In this document: in pieces, positions 45,399 to 60,880 of the stretch
Layout: every line of letters begins with the position of its first letter
How positions within the stretch are numbered: the stretch's first letter is position 1
Source of the DNA: the human T2T-CHM13v2.0 reference genome, Homo sapiens
Reading direction: 5' to 3' (one strand)
NCBI RefSeq assembly: GCF_009914755.1
Contig: NC_060934.1
DNA: 64,000 nt
The notes under the pieces: model-generated
What the model was told of the DNA's origin: nothing
What the model saw: the letters and a program-made list of their open reading frames with translations, nothing else
Database searches by the model: none
Made by a program: the position numbers and the translations under genes

Positions 45399-45692
45399 AT
45401 TTATTTATTTAGTTTATTTATGGAGATAGGGTCTCGCTCTGTTGCCCAGGCTGGAGTGCAGTGGCATGATCTTGGCTCGCTGCAACCTCTGCCTCCCAGG
45501 CACAAATTATTCTCCTGAGTAGCTGGGACTACAGGTGTGTGCCACCACGCCTGGGTGATTTTTGTATTTTTTTGTAGAGATGGGGTTTCATCATGTCGCC
45601 CAGGCTGGTCTGAAACACCTGGGCTCAAGTGATCTGCCAGCCTCAGACTCCCAAAGCGTTGGGATTACAGGCATGAGCCACTGAGCCCAGCT
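45399..45692 (-). mobile_element. AluJ-type SINE
   Basis: Reverse dimer with (TTTA) tail. Confidence 0.88.
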
Positions 45693-45699
45693 GATATTT

Positions 45700-48420
45700 C
45701 AAAGATCTTTATTCTTAGTCTTTTCACTCTGTATGGTGTCTTCTGATGGACTGAAGTTCTTCATTGCAGTGTGGTTGAATTTAACAACCATATTTTTTAT
45801 GGTTTGTTTTTATATGTCATGTTTTAAAAAGTATTTTCTACCTTGAGGTCATTAAGATATTTGCTTATTTTTCCTTTTACAAGTTGTATAGTTTTGCCTT
45901 ATAAATTTAGGTATTTTAATCAACCTGGAATTGGCATTTGTGTATAGTGCATTTCTTAATTTCCAAATACCCAAGAGTTTTCTAGTTAACTTTTCATTTT
46001 TGACTTGTAGCTTAATTACATTGTGGTGAGATAATGAGAATCTCTATGATAATCTTTGAAACTTGCTGAAACTTGCTTTATAGCTCGGCATATGGTCAAT
46101 CTGTGCACAAGCTTGCAAAGAACATGTATTCCACGGTAACTGGGTGAAGGGTCCTACATGTGTCTATTAGGTAAGACTTGTTTATTATGTTGTTCAAAAC
46201 TTTCTTATTCTTTCTTATTTTTATGTGCTAGATATATCAGTTATTGAATGAGTTGTGTGAAAAATCTTTCACTATGATTCTAGATTGTTTTTTCTTACAA
46301 TTTTGTCAGTTTCTGCATTATGTATTTTAAGACTGTGCTATGAGATACAAACAGATATGCAATTATTATATCTTCTTTGTGACTTTATTTTCTCATATTT
46401 ATGAAGAGATCTTTCAAAAATTAAATAGCTGAGATTAATATATCTTATACCATATACTTTTCTTTTGGCCAATACTTAAATGCATATTCTTTTCCATCCC
46501 TTTATTTTTCACCTCTCTTTATCTTGTTTTAGATGTGCAGTTTGCAAAAAGCTTATGGTCAAATTTCATTTCATTTTATCTGCTTGAATTAGTCTGTTCT
46601 TATGCTGCTAATAAAGACATATCAGAGACTGGGTAATTTATAAAGGAAAGAGGTTTAATTGACTCACAGTTCCACATGGCTGGGAGGCCTCATAATCATG
46701 GCAGAAGGCAAAAGGGAAGCAAGACATGTCTTACATGGCAGCAGGCAAGACAGCTTGTGCAGGTGAACTCCGATTTATAAACCCATCAGATCTCATAAGA
46801 CTTATTAGGTGCCACAGGAACAGTATGGGGGAAATTGGCTCCATGATTCAATTATCTCCACCTGGCCCTGCCCTTGACACGTGGGGATTATTACAATTCA
46901 AGGTGAGATTTGAGTGGGGACACAGAGCCAAACCATATCACTGGTATACCAATCTTTGTCTTTTAATGAGAAGCATTTAGTCTATGAATTATAAATGTAA
47001 TTGCCCATGTATATGTGTTTAAATCTTTTATAGTACTTTTTATTTTCTATTTGTCCCTTCTTTCTCTTATTTCTTGCCTTTTTTCTCATTCTGTTTTTTC
47101 CTTTACCTGGAATTTGTATATATTATTTCCATTTTGTCACTAGCCTAGAAATTAAAACATGCTTATTAGTTTAACAATGCCTAAGTTAAATGATACTTCA
47201 TTTTCCTCTCAAAGACACTTAGAACACAGTAACTGCAATTATATTTCTCCTAATTTATCTGATATCATTGTATTTTAATTCTATTTTTTAAACCTCTCAG
47301 GACATTTTAATTGCCTGATGCAGTCTTAGTTTCGATTTCCCACATTATAATATATTCCATCTTGAAGCTTAGAGATTCTCTCTTGCAGTCTGGAATTACT
47401 TTTCTTTTTCCTGAAGTACAACCTTTAGATTTTTTTTTGTAGGGTCTGTTGGTGGCAGACTCTGGTTTTGCATGTCTGAAAATGTCTTTGTTTTGTCCTC
47501 ATTCTTGGACGATATTTTTGCTGGGTATAGAATTCTAAGTTAATAGTCTTTTCTTTTCCCCCAGCACATCAAGGATGTAATTTCAATGTCTTCTCTTGCT
47601 GCAGTTGAGAAGCTAGCCGTTAGTTTGTCACTCCCTTGAGGATTATCTGTCATTTCTTTTTGGCTACTTTAAAAATCTTTTTCTTGGATATTTTGCACAT
47701 TCACTATGATGTCTAGCTGTGGATTTCATTTTATGTATCTTGCTTTAGATTCTCTTGTCTTCTTGAATTGGAGTGATGTCTATTATCAGTTCTGTAAAGT
47801 TCTTCTCAATTATCTCTTTTAAATATTGTGTCTTCTACATTACTTTTCTTTCTTCCTCTAGAACTCTGATTACACCCTAAAAATTGGGAGCATTATTAGT
47901 CTTCTGTCTTATCCCCATCTTTCTTATTCTCTCTTTCTTGTCTCTGTAACTTTCTCTCTCTTGCTTCAGTCTGAATAATTTCTTCAGAATCATCCTTCAG
48001 TTCATTAATTCTTTCTTCACCTGTGTCTAATCTGTTCTTATACCTGCTTTTGTTTTAATTTTAATTATTCTTATTTTTATTTTTAACAGGTTTATTTAAT
48101 TATTCAAATCTGTGTAATAATTCTTTATACATTTTTAGGCCCTCCAAATATTTTCAATTTTGTCCTTTGTTAATTAGACATAGTAAACTTAATTATTTAA
48201 TATTCTGCTTCTGATAATTCCAATATCTGAAAACTTCCACAATCTTTTTCTTCTGACTGCTGTGTCTTCTGTTTCTCCATCAAGTGTTTAGTGACTGTTT
48301 CCCTCTGAGCTGCTCATGGTCCATGGAATTTTATTTTTGGTAATTCTTTGATGTGGGGGGTGAAGCAGAGTCTCTTCAGAGAGTATTTATATATGCTTAC
48401 TGTACTTCATTGATCTTGGG
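45700..48420 (-). mobile_element. Old L1M fragments interrupted by THE1
   Basis: T-rich antisense L1 motifs, e.g. tgtctgaaaatgtctttgttttgtcctcattcttggacgatatttttgctgggtatagaattctaag. Confidence 0.75.
46585..46940 (-). mobile_element. THE1 MaLR solo LTR
   Basis: attagtctgttcttatgctgctaataaagacata...gccaaaccatatca; 5-bp TSD ctg(c/g)t. Confidence 0.92.
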
Positions 48421-48880
48421 ATTACTTTAAATACATTCTCAATATGAGGTATTTAAAAAAATTTTATTCCTCTCTCTCTCTGTCTCAATGTTTAGATACA
48501 ATAAATTCAAGCTACAAATCCACACTGGGGCTAGCCTGTCATGAGAACTCAGGGTCTGGCATTCCTGTTCTTCCTAGACCCTGCTCTGGGGCTGTAGATG
48601 AGAAAGTGCCCACCTTGGGCAGGTCCTGGCCTTCATCTCCTATACCCTTTACCCCATACGGATTTGCCAGCTCATTGATTCTTTTAAGGAGATGACATTT
48701 CTTTTCATGCAGAATTTTAGTTCTTTTCAGCAAGTGAGCCATTTTAGGAGATGAGCACACCATGTTTCCAGCGTGTACCCATTTCATTTTTAAATAGTGG
48801 CAATTATAGGACATAATACCTCTCCAAGAGCTTTTACTGTATTATTTCAAAAAATATTTATTAGCATATCTGTCCCACTC

Positions 48881-48946
48881 TATACATATATAACTTTATA
48901 TATGTATATATAATATGTATATAAATAACTTTATATATGTATATAC

Positions 48947-48992
<46 letters not shown>
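48881..48992. repeat. TA-rich tract followed by (TG)n
   Basis: Directly visible. Confidence 0.95.
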
Positions 48993-48996
<4 letters not shown>

Positions 48997-49210
48997 TTTG
49001 CCCTGGATACAATGAGATGTGATTCTATAGATTTCAACACGTAGTGAGTATTGATGAAGAGTTCAGTTCTGAAAATATTTATTGATACTTAGTCCTCGTG
49101 AGTAAAGCACTGTACTTGTGACTGGGGTGTGCTGAAGACAGATGAATGGCATCATTCCTGCCCTCCAGAAGCTCCAAATCTAGTATTGGAGATAGGCATT
49201 AAAACTTTAA

Positions 49211-49509
<299 letters not shown>

Positions 49510-49830
49510 ATATTAACTTTTATACTGGAGAACCCAATGATAAATGCTGTAGTGGAGGATGTACAACAAAGAACGGTGAGATTATAGGTGTGGAACAGAC
49601 TGGGTGGGGGCAGGAGAGAGGGCATTTATGAGAGAGGTCATAGCTGTTTGAGCAAAGACATGGAAATGGGAAGATGCAGGACATGCTGGGGAAATGCTGA
49701 GTGTCCTGGGTGGGTGAACCTGAGTGTGGGAGTGTATGCTCGTGGCCATGCGTGTGAGTGTGTGGGCAGCAACTGTGATGCTGAGGAGATGGTGATGGGC
49801 ATCATGGTAAAAAGAAAGGCTAGAAAGGAG

Positions 49831-50329
49831 TATATTAGTCACAGTTCTTGGAGAAGCAGAACTTGGAGAATGTGTGTGTAAGTGTGAGTGTGTGTGTGTG
49901 AGTGTGAGTGTGTGTGAGTGAGAGTGTGAGAGTGTGTGTGTTGGCTCAAGTGATTGTGGATGTCTTGTGAGTCCAAAATCTGATGATGGAGGTCTGCAGG
50001 CTGGAGACTCATGAAAGAGCTGTCATTTGAGCATGAAGGCTGTCTGCTGGGAAACCAGGAAGACCTCCTGCTGCAGATGCAGTCTGAAGGTGTCTGTGGA
50101 GAAGCTCCTCTTGCTTGAGCAAGTTCAGCCGTTTTGTTCTATTCTGGTCTTCAACTGATCAGATGAGGCCCACCCACATTAGGGAGGGTGATCTGCTTTA
50201 ATCAAAGTCCACTGATTTAACTATTAATCTCACTCCAAAACACCCTCCCAGAAGCACCCAGAATATTATTTGACTGAATATCCAGACACCATGGCCAGGC
50301 GAAGTGGACACACAAGATCAATTGTCACA
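49831..50329 (-). mobile_element. MLT2 (ERVL) LTR with internal TG/AG microsatellite
   Basis: tcttcaactgatcagatgaggcccacccacattagggagggtgatctgcttta...aagtggacacacaagatcaattgtcaca. Confidence 0.85.
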
Positions 50330-50611
50330 GGTAGGTTCTAGCAAAACTGTAGAAGAGTTTGAATGCCATTATGAGGAGATGGGATCCTCTCTTCTATTCA
50401 ACTGAAAGACGGAACTATTTTGAGTAGGATGATAACCCAGGTAAACGTACCAAGGGTGGGCAGGAGGGCAGAGAAAAATATTCCAAAGGTGAGACATTGT
50501 TCTTAGGAAAGGATGGAATGGATTCTGTCTACTATTAGTTTTGGGTCTGTGGATGAATTATTTCATTCCTAGAGTTTGTTTTCTCATCTGAAAAATGAGA
50601 ACAAAAACAAT

Positions 50612-50795
50612 CTGGGCGTGGTGGTGCACGCCTGTAGTCCCAGCTACTTGGGAGGCTGAGGCAGGAGGATTGCTTGAGCCTGGGAAGTCGAGGATGTAGT
50701 CAGCTATGATCATGCTATGATATTCCAGCCTGGGTGACAGAGTGAGACCCCATTTCCAAAACGAGCAACAAACAAATAAACAAACAAACAAAACA
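50612..50795 (+). mobile_element. FRAM/right Alu monomer inserted in a MIR
   Basis: Monomer with (CAAA)n tail; MIR core ttctcatctgaaaaatg immediately upstream. Confidence 0.8.
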
Positions 50796-50919
50796 AAATG
50801 AAAAGAAAACTGGGATTTGCTTCATAGTGTTGTAAACACCTAGTTGAAGAATGTGGGCTCACTGCCTGCCTCTGCCTTCCTGCCCTGGTGAGCTAGCAGG
50901 CATGGGCTGAGAATGACTC

Positions 50920-51401
50920 TGTAGTAGCCAGGCTTCAAGGTGGCCCCCAGGGGCCCCTGCTGCCCATTGTATCAGGGCTGGTCTGCAAGACCAACAGTGT
51001 TTGGCGAAGTGATGTGCCATTTCTGAGATTAGGTTATAAAAGACTTGGGCTTCTACCTTGAGCATTCTCCACTCATTGCCTCTCCATCCCTCTTGGGTCC
51101 CTGGCTTCTGGGTAAGCTGGCTGCCACTCTAGGGAGAGGCCTTGGTGGGAAGACACTAAGGCCTCAAACCAACAGCCAGAGAGGAACTTAGAGCCAATGC
51201 CATGTGGGGGAGCTTGGGGGACGCTGTTGAACTGTCCCATGACTGCGTCCTGGTTGATTGATTCCAACTTCATGAGTGACCCAGCTCATCCACTCCTGGA
51301 TTCTAGACCCACAGAGAACTTGTTCATTTTGAGAAAAATCTTTGCCGTTTCAAGCTGCTAAGTTTTGGTAATTCATTATGCATCAGTGGATTGCTAGTAG
51401 A
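50920..51401 (+). mobile_element. MLT1 MaLR LTR
   Basis: ttctgagattaggttataaaagac...ttctagacccacagag...tttcaagctgctaagttttggtaattcattatgca. Confidence 0.8.
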
Positions 51402-51737
51402 ATGCTACTGGCATTCAGCAAATACCTGCAATCTTGGAATATGCGAGATGCAAGGAGGGAGCAGGAACTTAGCACTCTATCCTTTTCCAGGTAGAGTTGG
51501 TGCATCGCGGGGCACAAGGGAAAAGGGACTTCAGATGGGGTGGAGTTTATGAGAAGAGAAATCTGGAAAGAAAAAGAGGAGAGTTAGGGCATGAATATTC
51601 TCTGATGACCTTGAGAACATGTGTGTGTGATGCCCAAGACAAGGCTGAGGAAATAAGGCTGTGCCCTTGACACAGTGCGAAGGAATGAAGTGGTGGGCTC
51701 ATGTGCACAGTACCCCTGGGCAGCACCCCCACCATGA

Positions 51738-51827
51738 CATACATGCACGCACACTCACACGCATGCACGCACACGCATGCACACACGTGCATGCACACAC
51801 ACATGCACACAGACACACATGCATACA
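51738..51827. repeat. Degenerate (CA)n/TGCA tract
   Basis: Directly visible. Confidence 0.9.
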
Positions 51828-52122
<295 letters not shown>

Positions 52123-54281
52123 ACATGCACACACTTTGCATGACCATCCCAGGCTTCCACTTGCCTATACTGAACCTGTGTGTGAACTAGAGCAAGGTTC
52201 TCTTCTGGACAGTCAATTTAGAACAAGGAGCCACCCCTAGGCATCCTTGGGCCTACAGGCACATGGCTTGGCAAGGAGACTACACCTTTTTGTGGGGAAA
52301 AAGCGTCTCTTCTTCCACATGGACACATACCAGTGCCAAGGCTCAGGGCTTGGCAAACAAAACACAGGCTGAACCTCAGACTGCACTTTCCCCTGTGTCA
52401 GCCGCCTTGTGCAATGCATAAACCGGACAACTATACTACAACTTGCAGCCACCTGAATGTTTCTGTAAAAAGCTGCTAGACATTTATATGAATTTGGTTC
52501 AGGGAAGGGAGGAGGGCTAGAGGTTTTTAGCATCAGAATCAGTAAAGAGTAGTTCTGTTTTGCAGAGCAGTGGCTCATTATGGACTCTGGACAGTGAGGA
52601 GTGTCAATACCCTGATGATAATCTGTGTGGGACACCAGTGATGATTCTCATGTTTTCCTGTCCCCTGAGGATGGCATGGAAGACACACTGCAGGGCTGCA
52701 GGAGGCCTGCCATCCGGGTACATGTAAATAGCAGCCAAGTGTTCACCCCATGCTGCTCCCTTGAAGAAATCCAAGGTGCCTTCCAATTTTTAAAATCAAA
52801 ATGCCAACTTTCTGTTCTTACCTTTCCTGCAGATTCCTCTGTTATATATAAAGCTTAGACAAAGAAGCTCTTAGTGTCTTTATGGTTTTGAACCAAACAA
52901 ACAAACTCATAAATATAAGGGCCAAAGATCATTGTAGGATGCCACTGAGTTGCTCAAAGTTCAGGTTTATGGTTCATGGCTGGTCACATGACATTCAGTG
53001 GTGAGAGTGCAGGGAATGTCGTTCATTCATCCACCATGGACTAAGGCCAATCACGTGTCATGCCTAGTGGTAGAAATAGGTATATAAATAGATATTTCTA
53101 ATACAAAATCCTCTTATCGAGAAGCTTTCTAATGTGTCTTGGCCACTAGAAAAACATGGTGGGTCTAGAGAAAGAAAAATAATTTTCTTCTTTCAAAGGT
53201 AACGCATTAACCTCTTTGTAATCATTTGGCAGCTAGTATCTAGGTTAAGGGCAACTGATTTACGTAAGATGAGCAATAAAGAAAATGCATTAAAAGGAAT
53301 TTGTCCAGATTTCCACTTTGTAGTGAGTGGCAAGAAACCAAAGCAAAACACAACAAAACGAAAACCCCGCAAGTATAACTAGCAGAAAAAGCTTGGGATT
53401 CCAATGGTATTTTTAGTCTTTTGAATTAATCTACAGGTAAATGACTTGAACCAGTATGTCAAAAGTGACTGGGCATAGTGGAATACAGAAATGGGCGCTG
53501 AGGACAAAGACGGCTCAAGGTCTTACACAGATCAGGAGCACCAGCAAACTTTGAGTCACTTTGAGAATTTTGAAAGGAAATGTAAAGTAGTGGCCCTGAG
53601 GATAGGATTAAATGTAATAATCATGTTTTGTGGAAGGGTAAATGGCAAAAACACAGCGTGGGCAAGATAGGCTGATTTCATGTACAATGCACTTTCGCTG
53701 AAGTAATATTTAGAAGCAGAAAAAATGGATACGTCTTGGGAAGGGGAATGTAATAAAACCCCACATCAACAGCAAATTATTTTGTCACGTGAAGCTGATG
53801 CAACATGAAAAATGGATGAGAAGTGCGGTACCTCCTGTTGCGATCGTGTAGAACATGTGGGCAGCTACAGAGCAGAGCTGTCTCCCATGAGAATTCATAG
53901 CATTAGGTTACAGCCCTGGCTGGACCAATGCAGGGACAGCTCCTGCAAGCTGGACGCAGTGGAAGGTGAGGGGCGGGCCACGGGTGGGGGAAGTGGGAGT
54001 GCATGGGGAGGGGCCTCTGGCCAGGAGCTCTCTGGGACTGCCTGGTGGAGAGTTTATACCTGGTTATACCAGGAAATGCTCTGTCTTGTGCTGATTCACT
54101 ATTTGGACTTTAAAATCTGGTAATTACAAGGGCAACAACTTCACATTCATTTTGGTCACTTTTATACATTTCGGTAAATTCAGTATTTGGGGGGCTATTA
54201 CCCAGGACAAAGAAATCGGGTTAACAGAATGCAGGAGATGCTTTTGAGCACGTGCTCCTGATTGTACAGATTCTCCCGTTT

Positions 54282-54572
54282 GGCCAGGCACGGTGGCTCG
54301 CACTTGTAATCCCAGCATTTTGGGAGGCTGGAGCAAGAGGATTGCTTGCTTCCAGGAGTTTGAGACCAGCTTGGGCAACATAGTGAGACCCTGTCTCTAC
54401 AAAAAATAAAAAATTAGCCAGATGTGGTATGCATGCCTGTGGTCCTGGTTACTCAGGAGGCTGAGGTGGGAGGATGGCTTGAGCCCAGGAGATGGAGGCT
54501 GCAGTGAGCTGTGATTGTGCCACTGCACTGAGACTGGGTGACAGGGAGATCATGTCTTGAAAAATCAAAAAG
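54282..54572 (+). mobile_element. AluJ SINE
   Basis: Forward dimer; TSD agattctcc. Confidence 0.9.
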
Positions 54573-54594
54573 AAGATTCTCCTAGTAGATCTAG

Positions 54595-54993
<399 letters not shown>

Positions 54994-55837
54994 TAATGCA
55001 TAATAATTATGTAAAATAAACTTAAACTCAAAATGTCTACTTTTGTCATCAAATTTTGTCATGCTGTTAGTCATGATTTAATGTAATCTTACCTTCAGAC
55101 TGGACAAAAACAACTCTTTCTTTCTCAGCTCTAAATTCTTATTCTGGAAATGGACCCCAAATCTGAGATGGTAGCAAACCCAGTGCCCAAAGCCCCATTG
55201 GGATTTGTCTTCTCTTTCTAGTCATTCATCAGCCTTGGTCTCACATAGACTGTCCTTTGCTTTGGCTGTTCTATCCAGTTAAGAGACAAGCCTTAGTCGA
55301 CTTTACTGTTAAGTATCTTCACCTAGGATAAAAATCTACCTTCTTTTGATCTTTTGGAGTCTTCTCTGAAGATGCATGTCAAGTGACAGGGCTCCTTTAT
55401 ATAGCAAGTGCTATATAAAGCCTATTTTATGAAAACATAAAACTATATTAAATATACAATAAAAAGTTTCCATGGCATGAACACACATCATGTGATCTCT
55501 TTTCATGTGCACTTATTCTTTTTCCCTTCTAAACTCTTGCACTCTGTGTCATAGGTGCATATCATTATGAATATAATATGTATAATTAAAAAAAGTATTT
55601 TAGCCCTATATCTTCAAATATATAATAAACCTGCTTGGATATAGACCAAATATGATAGTGCCCAGAGCAGCACTGACAAGATACGTTTTTGATTAATTAA
55701 TTGGTTGATATTTTCCACTGGCATTTGGTTGATGCATTTAGGCAAAGAGAAAATCCATATTTGATTTACAGAGCCTAAATACATGTTGTGAATTTAGAGC
55801 AATCACATACATAAAAGTTACAGTTATCTGCCATTCA

Positions 55838-56263
<426 letters not shown>

Positions 56264-56310
56264 TTAAATTATTTACTGTTCTGTTGGAAGGCTGTACTAT
56301 CAACTGATTC

Positions 56311-56674
<364 letters not shown>

Positions 56675-56689
56675 TAAACCAAGGCTTTT

Positions 56690-56953
56690 TTTCCCCCCAG
56701 GCTGGAGTGCAGTGGTGCAGTCATGACTCACTGCAGCCTTGACCTCCTGGACTCAAGTGATCCTTCCACCTCAGCCTCCTGAGTAGCTAGGACTACAGAT
56801 GTGCACCATGATGCCCAGCTAGTTTGTCTTCATTTTGAGAGACAGAGTGTCACTATGTTACCCAGGCTGGTCTCGAACTCCTGGGCTCAAGCAATCCACC
56901 CACCTTGCTTTCCTGAAGTGCTGGGATTATAGGTGTAAACCACTGTGCCTGGC
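56690..56953 (-). mobile_element. AluJ, 3' end missing
   Basis: Begins at cccaggctggagtgcagtgg. Confidence 0.85.
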
Positions 56954-57806
56954 TAATAAAGGCTAATGACAGCTAAGAACAGAGCCACACAGAAAATGGG
57001 CAAGAGCATGGTTTACCCAGCCTTTGAATCAAATTCATACAATAATATACCAACATGAAGAAAAAATGATGGACAGAACTTGAGACCTGGAAAGACTAAG
57101 AATCCATAGATTAAGGTCCCCTTGAGTCATTTACATTAAATATATATATATATATATTATTACACAGAACATGCCTAAGATTTTGATTAATTCAAACTTA
57201 ACCTAAGCCTAAAGAGCATAATCTGTCTTGGGATTTTACACCTGAGTGGTGGATCACTTTTGTGTTGAACTCACAAAACACATCATTATAATTCAACACA
57301 TCATTATCATTTGAATAAAAGGGTGACATTTTTATTCAGGGGTGAACGTATATGAAGACATGGAAAAGACCTACTGAGTAATTTGAAACTATCTAATTAA
57401 TTTTTGATTTACTAGATAATCCATCATTTTTGGCTGGTATACTGCAAGGGGAATTTTCTACTAAAAACGTGTGTATATTTCTTTGATTCTCACTTGCTTC
57501 CTATAATCTTAAGTAGTTATCTAATGTAGACAGAACAAACTGAGGATTCTACATAAGACTATAGATAACTTGGGTGAAATGATGTACCTTGTTACAAATT
57601 ATGTAATACAAATTTTGTATTATGTACAGTGTACATAAATGAAAAATTTTACCCAAGGACAGAATATATTGAATCCCAGCATATCCGATTACACCATGTA
57701 AATTAACAGTTAAAAGTGCAATTCCTTATGCCTTAACATTCCATTTCATCTTTTGACCGGCATTTTTCTGGAGCCTATGATACCATTAATTAAAAAAAGC
57801 CACTCT

Positions 57807-58090
<284 letters not shown>

Positions 58091-58259
58091 GGTGGCTTCC
58101 CTCTAAGTTACGTCTTTGTGGATACTCTAGGTTTATGTCATTGCTTGAAGCTGTCCTCATGCTGATTCTTCTGCTGGGGGGAGGGGAGTGCTTCATTTTA
58201 GACTGTAACTGGCAGTTGGTAGGTGCCGTGCTGTCATCCGATAGTCTTAATGAATGTTA

Positions 58260-58400
58260 CAGACACAGTCCTAGTGTTGATTTAATGGAGGTCCCTCTTT
58301 TCACAGATGGTAACACAGACACAGAGAAGCAAAGCCACTTGCTCAGCGTTCCACAGCTCGTTGGTGTCCAAGTCAAGCTTAGAATTAGGGTGTTGGTGTT
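58260..58400 (-). mobile_element. MIR fragment
   Basis: cctcttttcacagatggtaacacagacacagagaagcaaagccacttgctcagcgttccacagct. Confidence 0.65.
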
Positions 58401-58550
58401 CTGGCCATACTATATTTCTGCAATTTTTCCCCTTCAGCGTCACAATTCTGGCCTAATCTTGTTTCGTAATGTTGAAGCAATTCTTGTTTAAACCAAAAGG
58501 TATTCTGTTTATTACTTAAAGTGACATTTGGGTCCCCAGCCTTTAAAAAA

Positions 58551-59183
58551 ATTTTATTTTAAGTTCTGGGGTACATGTGTAGGATGTGCAGGTTTGTTAC
58601 ACAGGTAAACCTGTGCCATGGTGGTTTGCTGCACTTATCAACCCATCACCTAGGTATTAAGCCTGGTATGCATTAGCTATTTTTCCTAATGCTCTCCCTC
58701 CCACCACCCCAGCCCCAGACAGGCCCCAATGTGTGTTTTTCCCCTCCCTGTGTCCATGTGTTCTCGTTGTTCAGCTCCCACTTATAAGTGAGAACATGTG
58801 GTGTTTGGTTTTCTGTTCTTGTGTTAGTTTGCTGAGGATAATGGCTTCCAGCTTCATCCATGTCCCTACAAAGGATATGATCTTATTCCTTTTTATGGCT
58901 GCATAGTATTCCATGATGTATATGTACCACACTTTCTTTATCCAGTCTATTGTTGATGAGCATTTGGATTGATTCCATGTCTTTGCTATTGTGAATATAT
59001 GCATAAAGATACTTATGCAAGCATATATCTTCGTAATAGAATGATTTATATTCCTTTGGGCATATATCCAGTAATGGGATTGCTGGGTCAAAAGGTATTT
59101 CTGGTTCTAGATCTTTGAGGAATCTCCACATCGTCTTCCACAATGGTTGAACTAATTTACATTCCCACCAACAGTGTAAAAGT
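58551..59183 (-). mobile_element. L1PA 3' end, 5'-truncated
   Basis: Minus-strand ORFs LLHCWWECKLVQPLWKT...EIPFDPAIPLL and YAAIKRN..SFVGTWMKLEAIILSKL (L1 ORF2), plus 3'UTR. Confidence 0.95.
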
Positions 59184-59941
59184 GAAGCAATTATTAATGC
59201 CATTATATCTGAAAATTTTGTGCATGTACATAACAAAAATAAGCACTCTTCTTAAATAAAAAGGTCACTTTTTACACAGAATCAGAACAGTTGGGACAGC
59301 AAGGCCTTCAATGATTCTCTTTTGTAGACCTTCCATAGGTAAATGACACTCTCCTCATTTTACTTGCTTTGAATTGTTCAGCTGAAATCTTGACCTACAA
59401 ACATATTATATGTCAAGTGGCTAGAAAAACAGCAGGGGGGAAATCAGCTTTATTGCATTTCCTGTTAGGAGAATATCCTTAAATTATATCGAATTCTTGC
59501 CTTGTAAAGCACCATATGGCTCTTTTGCTTTCGTGGTGGCTGCTTTACCACACAGCCTCTTTGGAAAGTAATTAAATTGAACAGACACTGCCCTTGATTT
59601 AAAGTCAGAGGGAGAAGCAGTTAATTGAATAGAAATGACAGTTCTTTTTTTTTTTTTTTAAAGGCTAGGCCAAGCTTACAGAAAACAAAAATATCAAAAG
59701 GGAATTGCCCTAAACAGTCAAGATGAATGATTTGCTTGGTGAATACGATTTATTCTCTTTCACTCGAACGCTTTCTCTCCAGGCAGGCAACAGTGGGACT
59801 TTGCGATTCCTCGTCACCTTGGTACAGAGGCTCTCTAACCTTTTCTCACTGGATTTTTCTGGTCCGTTTTCAGGTTGGAGGGTGAGGGTGACAGAAGCTG
59901 GGAAATGAAAGATGGGATTGTTTTCTTGTCATCCTGTATCC

Positions 59942-59955
59942 CTGCCACCTGGCGA
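59942..59955 (-). promoter_or_regulatory. Candidate CTCF site
   Basis: Minus strand TCGCCAGGTGGCAG matches the CCRCYAGRKGGCRS core at 13/14. Confidence 0.4.
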
Positions 59956-60759
59956 TGGTGTTTCTGGTGAGTGGAGATACATAATGGCTATCTCAATGCA
60001 ACATGCTCCTTATTTCCTGGGGGTCAGGCACCAGGAGGACCAGGAGGGCAGAAGATCTGTTGAAATGTGATCCTATGTGGAATAGGGATGAGAGTCCCTG
60101 AGCTTGTAGAGGGGTCTGAGGAAATGACTTCAAGGGAAAGTTCACAGAACTCTGAAATCAATAGCTAAAAGTAAAAATGCTCATTTTCAAGAACAAAGTA
60201 TCATTTAAATGCTCCCAGGGGGTGAATGAAGAGAAGGAGCTAATCCTTGTCAAGTGATAGATATAAAATAAAAACCCAAAGTGGAAAAAAAATCAAATTT
60301 CAATGCTAAAATCTACCGCCACATACAGAGAGAGCTGTAAGCTCCTAGGACATTTGTATTGAATTCTTCATAGCTTTTGCTTTTAAATGATATCCTTTTC
60401 ATCTTTAGCTAAATCCTTAACCTTATGCACATCGCAGGAGAGTTACCTGGAACTTGATGGATCTGTACAGAGGAGAAGACTGAGTTGGGGCATCGGCGAA
60501 GACAGTGTTTCTCCATGCTCCCGTTATTCTTCCAGAGCTGTCAGGAGTGGAAATCATTTCACCTTTGCACTTAGAATAAAGCAACTCGGCATTAACAGTA
60601 AATTGGCTTCGGCATACTCTTAGGTAAGCAAGTGCTTCTGCCGGCCCAGTCCAGTTTTCTAGTCTGCAGGTCAGGGAGCAGGTTTGCGTAACCGTGGGGA
60701 AGGTGAATGTAGAGGAGGCGGGAGAGGCAGTCAGGAGAGATTCAGGTAAGTCTTGGCTT

Positions 60760-60880
60760 GGCTACGAATGAACTGTCTTTTAGGGGATGCCAACTTCCCT
60801 CTTGAAGCAACAGTTCCCTTATTGCTATAAAGTGAAGGCATCAGGGCTGATGATCTCTAAGCTCCTTTAGCCCTGACATG
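60760..60880 (+). mobile_element. MIR3/MIRc-like fragment
   Basis: cagttcccttattgctataaagtgaagg...gatgatctctaagctcctttagccctga. Confidence 0.5.

Noticed and set aside
58673-59236. ORFs with recognisable protein motifs (also 43728-43919 and 34917-35743)
   Set aside because: Frameshifted fragments of the L1 ORF2 C-terminus.
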